A stretch of 64,000 nt of DNA. Origin: a candidate division WOR-3 bacterium UBA5631 (lineage in GTDB: Bacteria; Hydrothermota; Hydrothermia; UBA1063). Shown piece by piece: positions 20,834-31,418 of this stretch; positions within the stretch are counted from its first letter, which is position 1; every line of letters begins with the position of its first letter. The stretch lies in NCBI GenBank assembly GCA_002421425.1, contig DIJZ01000004.1, forward strand, positions 4,563 through 68,562. The letters run 5' to 3'. Position numbers and translations under genes: made by a program. A model generated the notes under the pieces. It worked only from the letters and a program-made list of their open reading frames with translations. It searched no databases and was not told the origin of the DNA.

Positions 20834-22657
20834 TTAAGAGGCGGAACCCTCAGAACTGTTTACTATCTCGTCAAGTTCTTTCCCGGAAAGAGTTTCTTTC
20901 TCAAGAAGGGATTCTGCAACTCTGTGGAGAATCTCTTTGCGGTTCTCAAGGATTGACTTCGCCTTTTCAAAAGCTCTTCTCACAATTTCCTTAATTTCGC
21001 TATCTATGGCCTTCGCGGTTTCTTCAGAGTAATACTTCCTGACTCCTAGCTCCCGTCCTAAAAACACTTCCTCATCGGCTTTTCCAAGGGTCACGGGACC
21101 AAGTATCTCGGACATACCCCAGTCGGTGACCATCCTTCTTGCAATTTCTGTTGCTTTTGAGAGATCGTCGGCTGCGCCTGTTGATTCTTCTCCAAAAACC
21201 AGCAGTTCTGCAGCCCTACCCCCAAGTAGAACGGACAGCTGGGTCTCGATGTAAGATTTCGTGTAAAGATATTTATCTTCTTCTGGTAGTGATTGGGTTG
21301 CTCCCAGAGCCCTACCATGTGGGATTATAGTAATCTTATGTACTGGATCCGCTCCAGGGAGAAATTTAGAAACCAGCGCGTGACCCACTTCATGATAAGC
21401 TATTCTTTTCTTTTCTTCGTCAGAAATCACCATGCTTCTTCGAGCAATGCCCATAACAAGTTTATCCTTTGCCTCTTCGAAATCGTGCATGGTCACTTGC
21501 TTCTGATTCTTCCGTGCAGCAAGGAGCGCGGCCTCATTGACAAGGTTAGCAAGGTCCGCACCAGTGAAGCCAGGAGTTCCCTGAGCAACAATTCTTAAAT
21601 CTACGTCAGAAGCAAGTGGAATTTTTGAAGAATGAATTTTGAGAATTTCTTCTCTGCCTTTAACGTCAGGTATCGGGACATATACTCTCCGGTCAAACCT
21701 TCCAGGTCTCAATAGCGCAGGGTCTAAAATATCGGGTCTATTCGTAGCAGCCATAACAATAATTCCTTCCGACGAATCAAACCCGTCCATTTCAACGAGA
21801 AGTTGATTTAAAGTCTGCTCTCTTTCGTCGTGACCGCCGCCCAGCCCTGCTCCTCTCAATCTTCCAACGGCGTCGATTTCATCGATAAATATTATACACG
21901 GGGCATTCGATTTACCCTGTTCAAAAAGGTCCCTCACCCTTGCGGCACCAACGCCCACGAAGAGCTCCACGAACTCAGAACCAGATATTGAAAGGAACGG
22001 AACACCAGCTTCTCCCGCAACAGCCTTGGCCAGAAGGGTCTTCCCGGTACCTGGAGGGCCAATTAACAGTACTCCCTTCGGGATTCTTGCACCAATCTGA
22101 GCGAACTTCTGAGGACTTTTTAGAAACTCTATTATCTCCTGCAACTCAACCTTGGCTTCATCGCAACCTGCTACATCATTAAAGGTCACCTGAGGTTTTG
22201 ATTCTTTCAGAACCTTTACCCTGCTTTTACCGAATCTAATGGCTTCTCTCTGACTCGCACTCATCTGCCGGAAAAAGAAAAACCAGAAGAGTACGAGCAT
22301 TAAAAGCCATGGTATCGACCCAACGAGAACCGTCCACAACAAACCCTTTTCCTTTGAATACACCTGAATGTTCTTTGAAGCAAGCATTTTTACAAGATCC
22401 GGGTCGTCGTAGGGAAGTTGAACCTTAAATCTTAAATATTCTCTATTATCCTGCTTCTTTGGGGCTTTGAAAAGTCCCTCAATACTCTTTCCAGAGATCA
22501 TTACCTCTGAAACATTTTCGCTCTCTACCTCTGAATAGAAATCTGTATACGAAACTTCCAAAATTCCCTTCCCCGTGGTCAGATAGTTGTACAACGTGAT
22601 GAACACGAGGAAAATCAGTACCCATATAATTAAATTTCTTATTAAATCACTTCTCAT
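20834..22657 (-). CDS. ftsH: ATP-dependent zinc metalloprotease FtsH
   Basis: 607 aa; N-terminal TM-periplasmic-TM, Walker [12 protein letters not shown], zinc motif HEVGHAL. Confidence 0.96.
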   Translation of the reverse strand: MRSDLIRNLIIWVLIFLVFITLYNYLTTGKGILEVSYTDFYSEVESENVSEVMISGKSIEGLFKAPKKQDNREYLRFKVQLPYDDPDLVKMLASKNIQVYSKEKGLLWTVLVGSIPWLLMLVLFWFFFFRQMSASQREAIRFGKSRVKVLKESKPQVTFNDVAGCDEAKVELQEIIEFLKSPQKFAQIGARIPKGVLLIGPPGTGKTLLAKAVAGEAGVPFLSISGSEFVELFVGVGAARVRDLFEQGKSNAPCIIFIDEIDAVGRLRGAGLGGGHDEREQTLNQLLVEMDGFDSSEGIIVMAATNRPDILDPALLRPGRFDRRVYVPIPDVKGREEILKIHSSKIPLASDVDLRIVAQGTPGFTGADLANLVNEAALLAARKNQKQVTMHDFEEAKDKLVMGIARRSMVISDEEKKRIAYHEVGHALVSKFLPGADPVHKITIIPHGRALGATQSLPEEDKYLYTKSYIETQLSVLLGGRAAELLVFGEESTGAADDLSKATEIARRMVTDWGMSEILGPVTLGKADEEVFLGRELGVRKYYSEETAKAIDSEIKEIVRRAFEKAKSILENRKEILHRVAESLLEKETLSGKELDEIVNSSEGSAS

Positions 22658-23201
22658 TTGTTTCCACCTCTTTTAACTCTTCTGGACCAAGTTCCCTGAT
22701 GTAGGGCAAGTTTCTGTACCTTTCACCGTAATCAAGCCCATATCCGACTAAGAAACGATCGGGAACTTCAAATCCTACATAGTCTAATTTTATGTCAACC
22801 AACCGCCTTTCCTTCTTGTCCAAAAGGACACAGATCTTCAAACTCCTCGGATTTCTCCCCTCCAATAGCTCTACGAGATACTTAAGAGTAAGACCACTAT
22901 CACAAATATCTTCAACCAGAATCACATCTTTGCCCTCGATAGACGTACCTAAATCCTTTAAAATCTTTACTATCCCTGAAGTTTTCGTAGATTTTCCATA
23001 ACTCGATACACCCAAAAAGTCGACTTCCAGATCCATTCGCAGTTCCCTCATCAAATCTGCAAGAAAGACAAAAGAACCTTTCAAAATTCCAACCAGAACC
23101 GGAATCTTCCCTGCATAATCTGCTTCAATCTGCCTCGCAATTTCGCTTATCCTCTGCTTAATTCGCTCTTCACTAATCAAAAATCCAGAATTTTTCATCA
23201 T
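22647..23201 (-). CDS. hpt: hypoxanthine phosphoribosyltransferase
   Basis: 184 aa; PRPP-binding VILVEDICDSGLTL; conserved tilS-hpt-ftsH arrangement. Confidence 0.92.
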   Translation of the reverse strand: MMKNSGFLISEERIKQRISEIARQIEADYAGKIPVLVGILKGSFVFLADLMRELRMDLEVDFLGVSSYGKSTKTSGIVKILKDLGTSIEGKDVILVEDICDSGLTLKYLVELLEGRNPRSLKICVLLDKKERRLVDIKLDYVGFEVPDRFLVGYGLDYGERYRNLPYIRELGPEELKEVETNEK

Positions 23202-24486
23202 CTATTTTCCTAACCTCCATAAAAATATTTCCCTCTTTAAGTTTTGACCCGATACCGGGAACCCACAAAATCTCTCCATCTTTCTCAAACACAGGGTACA
23301 AATCCCTCCTCCACCCCGGAATTTTCTTCCTTTCAAAATAATCTGAGAGGAGCTTGTCTCCCAGTCGGTCTCCAGGCTTCCTTGACCTTACTTCCAACGG
23401 AAAAAGAGCTTTGCTGACACGAGTTGAGAATCTTTCATCCTCAGGCAGCGAAGTTAGCCTGACTTTAATGTTATAATCTTCAAAGGAAATTGGAAAATCT
23501 TCAAGTGACAATACTCTTTGAGATAAGCTTCTTTTTCCCTGAGCAATGAATACCTCTCTGGAGGAAGGATAGACAAAATACTTACCAGCCCAACCTGGTT
23601 TTCTCCTCTCCAGAAGAGATTCTAGGTTTTCAATCTCCTGAAATGTTAACATTAACTCCCTTTGCAAAAACACTTCTTGTAATGAATAATGGTAATTTCT
23701 AAACTTCGAATAATCAATCAGTAGGGTATTTTCAAAGGAAGGTTTTAGCACTGATTCTCTCATTGAGATCAGAAATTCCTCAAGAAATTCCCCAAGATTT
23801 CCCATTATTTCAGTGGTTTCAAGAATCTTCTGAAAAGCGCCCTGCCTGATTCTTTCTAAAAAAGGCAGCAAATTCAGCCTTACAGTGTTTCTTAGGTATA
23901 GAGTTTCAAGATTACTGGAATCAATTACATACGGAATTTTTCTTTTCTCAAGGTAATGGAGGATTTCTTCTCTTGTAATAAATATGAGTGGCCTTATAAA
24001 AATATCCCTTTTCGGTGGGATACCCCTTAATCCCCATATCCCGCTGCCTCTCATCAAATTGATCAAGAACGTTTCTACCGAGTCCGAGGCTGTATGTGCC
24101 AGAGCAATTTTATTGAAGCCATAGTTCTTAGCATAAAGCGTAAAGTTCTCATAACGCAGCCTTCTAGCAGCAACTTCAATGGACTCATCTTCGCCTTTCA
24201 ACCTGGAAACATCTACCCTCTCGATATAAATGGGAAGGTTTTTCCTGCGACAGAAATCTGCACAAAAATCTTCATCTCTAAATGATTCCTGGCCTCTCAG
24301 CATGTGATTTATATGAATACATGCTAATTCGATTCCATAGAAATCCTTCATATCCATAAGTATCTCAACTAAGAAAACAGAATCGGGCCCTCCCGAGAAG
24401 CCAACCAAAACCCTGTCACCACTTTCAAGCATTTCATACCTTTTCACTGCTTTCTGAAACTTCTCCAGGAGTGCGGGTTCCATCAA
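23173..24486 (-). CDS. tilS: tRNA(Ile)-lysidine synthetase
   Basis: 437 aa; PP-loop VGFSGGPDS motif at N-terminus. Confidence 0.9.
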   Translation of the reverse strand: MMEPALLEKFQKAVKRYEMLESGDRVLVGFSGGPDSVFLVEILMDMKDFYGIELACIHINHMLRGQESFRDEDFCADFCRRKNLPIYIERVDVSRLKGEDESIEVAARRLRYENFTLYAKNYGFNKIALAHTASDSVETFLINLMRGSGIWGLRGIPPKRDIFIRPLIFITREEILHYLEKRKIPYVIDSSNLETLYLRNTVRLNLLPFLERIRQGAFQKILETTEIMGNLGEFLEEFLISMRESVLKPSFENTLLIDYSKFRNYHYSLQEVFLQRELMLTFQEIENLESLLERRKPGWAGKYFVYPSSREVFIAQGKRSLSQRVLSLEDFPISFEDYNIKVRLTSLPEDERFSTRVSKALFPLEVRSRKPGDRLGDKLLSDYFERKKIPGWRRDLYPVFEKDGEILWVPGIGSKLKEGNIFMEVRKIDDEKFWIFD

Positions 24487-25823
24487 AATTTCAATGAAAA
24501 AAGTCTGCTTCTTATAAATAAGAAAAATCCATAAAGATGGTTTTTCGATCTATATTGTAAATCTGCGAAAACCCCGCTGTAAAGGAATCGTCTTTGGATT
24601 CCACCCATTATAAAGAGTTCCCTCAATACTCTGCCTGTTGGGTACGGCATGTTTCCAGGAAACCCGCTACCTTCGTAGTGCTCTGTCAATGTCCCATCAC
24701 CTTTATTTAGCTGCGCAATCCTGAAAATAATACCATCATTGCCTTCAAGAAAGAGTGTATATGTAAGATAAAAATCCAGGAGGTCGCTTCCTCTCGGATA
24801 CCCAAAAGGAACGCCCAGAGTGTGCCATGCATTCGTGTCAGAGACATGGGTATACGTAAACCTCGGAATGGCCACAGCATGAAATCTGATAAGAGAATTT
24901 GAACTCAAAGCCGACTCAAATCCAGCGAGAATACCGTACTTGCTTGTGTTACCCTGAAAAATAACCACATCATCGTTAAGAAAATCAAGAAAAGCGCTGT
25001 ATTTGTTCAGGAAATTCCATTTTATGGCGAATCCGCCTAGAAGATTGTCGGAATTTGAACTACTCCTCCGCTGCCTTTCATAATAGAGAGAGAGGGGATT
25101 AAAATATTTGAAGTAGTCCTCCTGGCTATGGGATACTGCCTCATAGACTGTGAAGGTCAAAGAGGGCACTGGCTTCCATTCAACAGCCTGATATGCAAGG
25201 GTGCGGGTTAGAAAGGTATCCGGTACAGCTGCAAATGCAGATGTCAGGTGAAAATTCTTGAACCTGAAATTTAGATTGTATATGTGATCTATAGGGTATG
25301 AAATTCCGCTAAAAAGCATGCCCTCTCCAATTCGTACTTCCGACCTGCCAACCAAAAGGTCGAAGTTATTGCTTTTGTATTTAATATATGCATTTCTGAT
25401 ATTAATATCCAGGATGCTTGTCTTTCCAATGATTGGTTGAATATCGAAACTGTATTGGTTGTATTGATTATCTGAAAGGGGAGAATAGTAAGGAACCCTT
25501 AAAGGTTCAGAAAAGTTGAAAAAATCAACAGAGGCAGCAAGCTCAAAGGAATCAACTTTTACACCCCCGTTGAACTCCAGCTCAAGGTAGTTATTAATGT
25601 AACAACTGCCTTTACTTCTCACAAAATTCGTTTTCAAAGCAGGAATGAAGGAAAGCGATAGCCTTTTACTAACGGGAACTTCGGAAAGTAAAATATAAGA
25701 ATCTTTATTCAGGGTCAAATTCGCTTTCCGATCGCTCAAAAAATCAATGGAATAATCCTTCAGAAAGAAAGGGTCATAAAACAATATACTGGAGAAAAGC
25801 GAAAGACACCCAACGAAATTCAT
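24483..25823 (-). CDS. hypothetical protein (possible outer-membrane beta-barrel; C-terminal ...SLKF)
   Basis: 446 aa, N-terminal hydrophobic signal-like segment, alternating amphipathic beta-like segments, terminal aromatic residue; no family recognised. Confidence 0.45.
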   Translation of the reverse strand: MNFVGCLSLFSSILFYDPFFLKDYSIDFLSDRKANLTLNKDSYILLSEVPVSKRLSLSFIPALKTNFVRSKGSCYINNYLELEFNGGVKVDSFELAASVDFFNFSEPLRVPYYSPLSDNQYNQYSFDIQPIIGKTSILDINIRNAYIKYKSNNFDLLVGRSEVRIGEGMLFSGISYPIDHIYNLNFRFKNFHLTSAFAAVPDTFLTRTLAYQAVEWKPVPSLTFTVYEAVSHSQEDYFKYFNPLSLYYERQRRSSSNSDNLLGGFAIKWNFLNKYSAFLDFLNDDVVIFQGNTSKYGILAGFESALSSNSLIRFHAVAIPRFTYTHVSDTNAWHTLGVPFGYPRGSDLLDFYLTYTLFLEGNDGIIFRIAQLNKGDGTLTEHYEGSGFPGNMPYPTGRVLRELFIMGGIQRRFLYSGVFADLQYRSKNHLYGFFLFIRSRLFSLKF

Positions 25824-26140
25824 AGCAAGAGGTCAAAAGGTGCAAATCCAAAATCAACAACTTCTTTCATCCGATCATTGTCCGGGACGAAAACTGCAAC
25901 AAGATTACATGCTGAGGCTCTGAATAATCTCACAATGTCATACTGATTCCCCGTGACTTTATTCAGGTGCGAAAGAAAATCTACTATATGTTCGTCAGAA
26001 CAACATGCCTTTGGACCTGCAGAGCCCGAAAATCTAATTAACAATCTGAAGCTATCAACCTTAAATATTTCGGCCCTGCAATCTGGCTCACGGTGCTCAT
26101 TGAAACTCAGAACTGCTTTCTCGAGAACCTCACTGTTCAT
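25820..26140 (-). CDS. hypothetical small protein (106 aa)
   Basis: ATGA-coupled between flanking genes; no recognisable motif. Confidence 0.4.
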   Translation of the reverse strand: MNSEVLEKAVLSFNEHREPDCRAEIFKVDSFRLLIRFSGSAGPKACCSDEHIVDFLSHLNKVTGNQYDIVRLFRASACNLVAVFVPDNDRMKEVVDFGFAPFDLLL

Positions 26141-26204
26141 ATATCGCTCCTTACTACCTCAGAACCATAACGAAGTCTAATTGTAAAGTAGAAACACCTT
26201 AGAA

Positions 26205-27971
26205 TCAACCCTTTGCCTTGAGCAAAATTGTAAGAGAATTCCTGAACAAGCCGGATTTTTCCCATTCATTTCTTATTCGCTGTAGGTCATCGGCGGAAAG
26301 AAAGCGGCTGGAAAACCTTTCGAAGTATCTTGCAGTAATTGTTTTCCCTCCATATATAATTTCATAGCCGGCCGAATATTTATCAGTCTCAGCAAAAGCA
26401 GACAAAGGAATATATTCTAGAGTAAAACCTCTTGGAATAGAATAGATTATCCTCAAGTTATTTCTGGATATACCTGTGGGGTCAACAAAAATGCCCTCGG
26501 GATAGACTTCTGGCTCAATATTCTTAAAATCAGGCAGGCTTATTATCCAGTACTTTCCTTCTTTCCATCCAAAGGAACTGAATTTTACTGTGCCCTCAAG
26601 GATATACGGTTTATCATTTTCCTTACGATTTTTGATTTTCAGAGAAATCCTCTTCACAACTCCATAATTTGAGAATTCTTTCCTGCACGCTTCTTTTATA
26701 TCGCGCGTGATTTCTTCTTCCTCGTCATCTTCAGAAACTCCCCGCCCTGTAAGAGCCTCTATATCTGACAGTATTCTTATGAAACGTATTTTCTGTTTAC
26801 CAAGGTCCACATAAAGGCTGTCTGTGGGCAAACTCCTTTCAGGAATTTCCGCAACAAACCAGGAACTCGGGGAAAACGAACCTTCACTAAATCCCAGCAC
26901 GAGGACTTTGTGTCCAATGTATCTGATTTCTTTAATCTTCGGGGAACTTTTGAATGGGTCAAGAAACTCCTTACCATCAAAGAAGATAACCCCGCAGATT
27001 GATGAGAGAGAAGGGGGAGTATTCAGGGTATCAAATCCGTATCTAAGAACAAATGCTGGAAAAAGGCCAGCGATTGTTGAAATAACGCGAAAAACTTCTT
27101 CAGGAAATGTCATAGAGAATTCATTCAAAGCCCTAACAGTATCAATGGGGACGTATCCCTGAAAAGAGAGACTGAGATATTGTGGGCTCTTAATTCTGTC
27201 ACACAATTCTTTCAAGCTTTTGTAAGAGAGTTTTTCCTCTGGCATTCTACCTGTTGTCAAATAGTGTTTTATCAGGTATTTCGCCAGCGAATCCCATGTA
27301 CTGAAAGATGTATAGATAACGTATGGAGAAATCAACGTGAATGGTGGAAACGTATTCCATCTTCTGACCTGGGCGATGGGAGGAATTGGCCCTCCCGTGA
27401 ATCTGTAGATTCTGTAGTTATCAGAATTCGACACTTCTACCTTGATGTTGAATTTGTCCTTGTTATCAATTTGGAATTTAAAATCAGAAGTTTTCGGTAA
27501 ATGAATCACAAATTCTTTATGCTCAATTGGAACCGATTCCCTGAAATACTCGATCCCGTCTATATATTCAAAATTTCTGGTCGTTTTCTGTACTGCAAAT
27601 TCAAGGGTTGCCCCTGGTGTAATTGAAAGGAATGAAATATGGAGTTCCTTTCGAGAGTGCATAAAAGGAAAAGAACTGACAACATCACTGGTTACTATGT
27701 TTATAGCGTTGGGAGTGACATTTATGGTATCTCCGCTTGCCGAAATAGTCCTTGCATAAATTACTTCTATGGTTTCTTTTTCTTCATCGAAGGGTATAAT
27801 GACCGTCCCGAAATCCTCTCGAGCATCCTCAGAAAATACCTGAACTTTGCGTTCCTGTGACATCACGAGGTCTTCTCCCAGCACCTTCAAGGTGATTACA
27901 TCCGATTTCACAACTGCACTTGTGGGGCTGTAAAGTTGCGCTAAAATAATCAAACTCAAAATCGTCATCAT
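26205..27971 (-). CDS. hypothetical secreted protein, partner of transglutaminase-like protein (DUF3857/DUF3858-like context)
   Basis: 588 aa; N-terminal signal peptide MMTILSLIILAQLYSPTSA; 4-nt overlap with upstream transglutaminase-like gene. Confidence 0.5.
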   Translation of the reverse strand: MMTILSLIILAQLYSPTSAVVKSDVITLKVLGEDLVMSQERKVQVFSEDAREDFGTVIIPFDEEKETIEVIYARTISASGDTINVTPNAINIVTSDVVSSFPFMHSRKELHISFLSITPGATLEFAVQKTTRNFEYIDGIEYFRESVPIEHKEFVIHLPKTSDFKFQIDNKDKFNIKVEVSNSDNYRIYRFTGGPIPPIAQVRRWNTFPPFTLISPYVIYTSFSTWDSLAKYLIKHYLTTGRMPEEKLSYKSLKELCDRIKSPQYLSLSFQGYVPIDTVRALNEFSMTFPEEVFRVISTIAGLFPAFVLRYGFDTLNTPPSLSSICGVIFFDGKEFLDPFKSSPKIKEIRYIGHKVLVLGFSEGSFSPSSWFVAEIPERSLPTDSLYVDLGKQKIRFIRILSDIEALTGRGVSEDDEEEEITRDIKEACRKEFSNYGVVKRISLKIKNRKENDKPYILEGTVKFSSFGWKEGKYWIISLPDFKNIEPEVYPEGIFVDPTGISRNNLRIIYSIPRGFTLEYIPLSAFAETDKYSAGYEIIYGGKTITARYFERFSSRFLSADDLQRIRNEWEKSGLFRNSLTILLKAKG

Positions 27972-29833
27972 TCCTTACCTCCGTTCAAAATTGCAATATA
28001 ATTCTTAACGTAGGAGAAGGCCTGGTGATCAGAATAGAGTTTACGCGCCTCGACAGCGGAAAACCTTGATTTATTGAAGGAATAGTGTAGTTTGAATTCT
28101 ATTGTGTTTGAATCAGATACTGCTGAAAAAGACAGCAAATAGAGGTCTTTATTCCCTTTTTGAACCTTCATTCTCGGACAAGAATTCGGCCTTATACCAG
28201 AAATTACTTCATTAATTTCAACTTTGAACGGGTATCTGAGAGAGAGGTCATATTTCCTTTTCTCATTTAAAAAATCGAGAAATCCTGCAAAGCGGTCACC
28301 CAAAAATGCCAGAACTGGCCTGTAAAGCAGCAATTCGCCGATTCTCTGAATATGATTTATGGCTTTAGCATACACAGTTACCGAAAAATAGTCTGAGTAA
28401 TCATAGGAGTCAGAACACTCCAACGAATCAAGAATAATCTCTCCCTTGTAAATTTCAGACAATGCCCACCGAAAGTACCTTTCCAAATTCTTATGCCCGC
28501 TCCTTGCGATCCTCCTGAACTGCTGATCAAATCCCCCCTCAAATCTGATTTTCAGAATCACATCAAGAGTCTCAGCCCTGGGAGTGTTTAGAATACTCAC
28601 AACCACCCTGTTACTTTCTGCGACTGAACTACTTATCTTCCTGAGAATATCACCTTCTTTTCTCGAGACGAGGACCCCCTGGCCACCCTCAGAGGCTGGC
28701 ATTAAATCTCTGCCACCGGAACCCACCGTTGGGTCAAGATAAACGTAGGTATCAGGTCCAACTTCTATTGCAACTATTGCATGATTTGTCTGGTCAGAAG
28801 GAATGTCTTCCACACGCATTCCCACAGCTGTAGTTGCATAGTATGCCTTGAATCCCTGAGCCCTCAGCAATGAAACCAGAAGCGCCGCTTTGTCTTTACA
28901 AACACCTGATTTCTTTGCCAGCGTCAAAGAGGCCTTGTGCGGCTCGTAGCCTTCCATCTCAGATTCAATGAGTCCAAGATAACGGATTTGATCTGAAACG
29001 AAATAAAACAACCTTCTAATCTTTTCGCTATTGTCGGAAACACCGCTGCAAAGGCTGTCAGAAGTCCTTGTTACAAAATCATCCGGGATCAGATTTTCTT
29101 CAGACCTCTCATACTCGTACTTTGACATATCCCGCCAGGACGGAATGTTTGTAACTATGACCTTTGGCAAAATGTCATAACGCGAGGGTGCGAAGGGCTC
29201 AAAATCAAGCTTAATATTGTCACGGGATTCAAATATATGAAAAACATTGCCCCTGCTCTTTACTTTGCGGTATTTTACCCTACCGTTGAAAATTCCAAAC
29301 CTCACCGGTTTTTCAGGGAGATCCTGAAGAACATACACTTTTTTCTTTATTTCTTCATAACCTCCGAAGAGCTCTATCTGATTGAAAAAACCTGGATATG
29401 GGGTTTTATAATTTTCAGATCCTGTTGGTCCAAGCCAGTTCCCGCCATATCTTCGGATTCTGTATTCGAGAACGTCGCCATTGGATAAGCCCTTTACCTC
29501 CATTATCTTATTTCGCGTTCCCCAGTAAATGGTCCCTCCAAGTTCCGGAGGTGCAGGTATATCCACTACAAGACTCGTATCGAGATAAATCGTGTCTCCA
29601 CCTCTTACTATTCTTGCGAAATCAAATTGAATTTCATTGTAATATGGAGTATATGAAGCGATAATGCTCCTTAGCTGGTCCTCCGAATCATCCCTCAGAA
29701 CTCTTATCCGCCTGTACTCAATTCTGTCGCTGACTCCAGACTCATAGTACCTCTCAAAAATAGAATCAACTTCAACAATATATGAGCTACTTGAAACTAG
29801 TAACGAAAGAGTTATGAAGAAACCAAACATCAC
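27968..29833 (-). CDS. transglutaminase-like cysteine protease superfamily protein
   Basis: 621 aa; signal peptide; core GVCKDKAALLVSLLRAQG (Cys) ... NHAIVAIEV (His) ... YLDPT (Asp) catalytic triad spacing of transglutaminase-like domain; GTG/ATG start with RBS AGGGGG. Confidence 0.75.
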   Translation of the reverse strand: MMFGFFITLSLLVSSSSYIVEVDSIFERYYESGVSDRIEYRRIRVLRDDSEDQLRSIIASYTPYYNEIQFDFARIVRGGDTIYLDTSLVVDIPAPPELGGTIYWGTRNKIMEVKGLSNGDVLEYRIRRYGGNWLGPTGSENYKTPYPGFFNQIELFGGYEEIKKKVYVLQDLPEKPVRFGIFNGRVKYRKVKSRGNVFHIFESRDNIKLDFEPFAPSRYDILPKVIVTNIPSWRDMSKYEYERSEENLIPDDFVTRTSDSLCSGVSDNSEKIRRLFYFVSDQIRYLGLIESEMEGYEPHKASLTLAKKSGVCKDKAALLVSLLRAQGFKAYYATTAVGMRVEDIPSDQTNHAIVAIEVGPDTYVYLDPTVGSGGRDLMPASEGGQGVLVSRKEGDILRKISSSVAESNRVVVSILNTPRAETLDVILKIRFEGGFDQQFRRIARSGHKNLERYFRWALSEIYKGEIILDSLECSDSYDYSDYFSVTVYAKAINHIQRIGELLLYRPVLAFLGDRFAGFLDFLNEKRKYDLSLRYPFKVEINEVISGIRPNSCPRMKVQKGNKDLYLLSFSAVSDSNTIEFKLHYSFNKSRFSAVEARKLYSDHQAFSYVKNYIAILNGGKE

Positions 29834-29952
29834 AGGAAACCCCCTATCTTAATGAAAAGCTCCTGTACCCTTCCTTTGAAGTTACGCATCCTCCTCTTTT
29901 GCAGCTTTGCGTATGAACTACTTTCCATTTTAAGTATCAGAGGCCTCAAAAC

Positions 29953-29980
29953 ATTATAAGAATCCGGTTGTTTTAGCCAA
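29953..29980 (-). promoter_or_regulatory. candidate promoter for transglutaminase-like operon (-35 TTGGCT, 16 nt, -10 TATAAT)
   Basis: read on minus strand in the 178-nt spacer between atpB stop and the 621-aa gene. Confidence 0.35.
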
Positions 29981-30011
29981 AGATTGCTCAAGGATTCCCC
30001 CTTGAAGAGAA

Positions 30012-31418
30012 TTAACTTGCTTTCTTCAGATACTTTTCAATAAACTGAGGACGCACTCTCTTAAGTTCCGATGTCGGGAACATTGATAGTAATTCCCATC
30101 CCAGATCAAGGGTTTCTTCTATACTTCTGTCCTCGAACTCACCCTGACCTACATATCTATCCTCGAAAAGGTCTGCAAATTTGAAATAGATCTTATCAAC
30201 TTCTGAAAGAGCGCCTTCCCCGAGGATTACAGCCAGCTCCTGCACTTCCTTACCCCTTGCATAGCAAGCAAAGAGCTGATTGAAAACATCAGAATGGTCT
30301 TCCCTGGTCTTCCCTTTCCCAATTCCTTTATCCTTAAGTCTCGAAAGAGAAGGCAAAACATCAATAGGAGGATAAATCTTTTTCCTGTGTAAAGCCCTGG
30401 AGAGAATTATCTGACCTTCTGTGATATATCCTGTAAGGTCTGGAATTGGGTGCGTTTTGTCATCCTCAGGCATTGTCAATATTGGAATCAGTGTGATGGA
30501 CCCTTTCTTTTCTTTTATTCTTCCTGCCCTCTCATATATCGTGGAAAGGTCCGTGTACAAATAGCCAGGATATCCTCTTCTGCCAGGAACTTCTTTCCTC
30601 GCTGCAGAGATTTCCCTCAGTGCCTCGCAGTAGTTGGTCATATCAGTCAGAATAACCAGCACGTGCATATCTTTCTTAAACGCAAGAAATTCAGCTGTGG
30701 TAAGGGCAACTCTTGGTGTAGCGATCCTTTCAATCGCAGGGTCATCGGCAAGATTAATAAACAAAACCGATCTTTCGATAGCACCTGTATCCCGGAAACT
30801 CTGAATAAAGTACTCAGCTTCCTCAAAAGTTATTCCCATTGCAGCAAATACCACTGCGAAAGATTCGCCTTCTCCCCTCACTTCAGACTGTCTCGCAATC
30901 TGGGTAGCCAGCCTGTTATGGGGCAAACCGGAGCCTGAAAAGATAGGAAGTTTCTGCCCCCTTACTAGGGTATTTAGTCCATCTATTGCAGAAATGCCAG
31001 TCTGGATGAACTCATTTGGATAATCTCTTGCATAGGGATTGATTGGAGCTCCGTTAATATCAGCCCTTTCCTCCGGGACAACATCAGGTCCTTTGTCTAT
31101 CGGCCTGCCAAGCCCATCAAAAACCCTCCCAAGCATATCCATTGAAAGATTAATCTCAAGTCCTCTCGCGAGAAATCTCACTGCGGTTTTCGGAATGTCA
31201 ATACCAGAAGTGCCTTCAAAGACCTGCAATAGCACTTTGTCTTCCTCTACCTGCAACACTTCTCCTTTTCTTATTTCACCGGAAACCAGTTCAATCTCAA
31301 CCAATTCTCCATATTTGACACCTGAAATCCCCTCAACCAGCATAAGCGGGCCCGAGATATTCGAAACCGCTGTAAATTTTGATAACCTCTTTCTAATTAA
31401 CTGGCTGTCTAATTTCAT
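30012..31418 (-). CDS. atpB: V/A-type ATP synthase subunit B
   Basis: 468 aa; non-catalytic nucleotide-binding subunit; matches V-type B throughout. Confidence 0.95.
   Translation of the reverse strand: MKLDSQLIRKRLSKFTAVSNISGPLMLVEGISGVKYGELVEIELVSGEIRKGEVLQVEEDKVLLQVFEGTSGIDIPKTAVRFLARGLEINLSMDMLGRVFDGLGRPIDKGPDVVPEERADINGAPINPYARDYPNEFIQTGISAIDGLNTLVRGQKLPIFSGSGLPHNRLATQIARQSEVRGEGESFAVVFAAMGITFEEAEYFIQSFRDTGAIERSVLFINLADDPAIERIATPRVALTTAEFLAFKKDMHVLVILTDMTNYCEALREISAARKEVPGRRGYPGYLYTDLSTIYERAGRIKEKKGSITLIPILTMPEDDKTHPIPDLTGYITEGQIILSRALHRKKIYPPIDVLPSLSRLKDKGIGKGKTREDHSDVFNQLFACYARGKEVQELAVILGEGALSEVDKIYFKFADLFEDRYVGQGEFEDRSIEETLDLGWELLSMFPTSELKRVRPQFIEKYLKKAS

Noticed and set aside
29834-30011. 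Possible cryptic subunit D remnant or terminator hairpin after atpB
   Set aside because: Only an imperfect inverted repeat and no coding potential; the spacer is better explained by the downstream operon's promoter.
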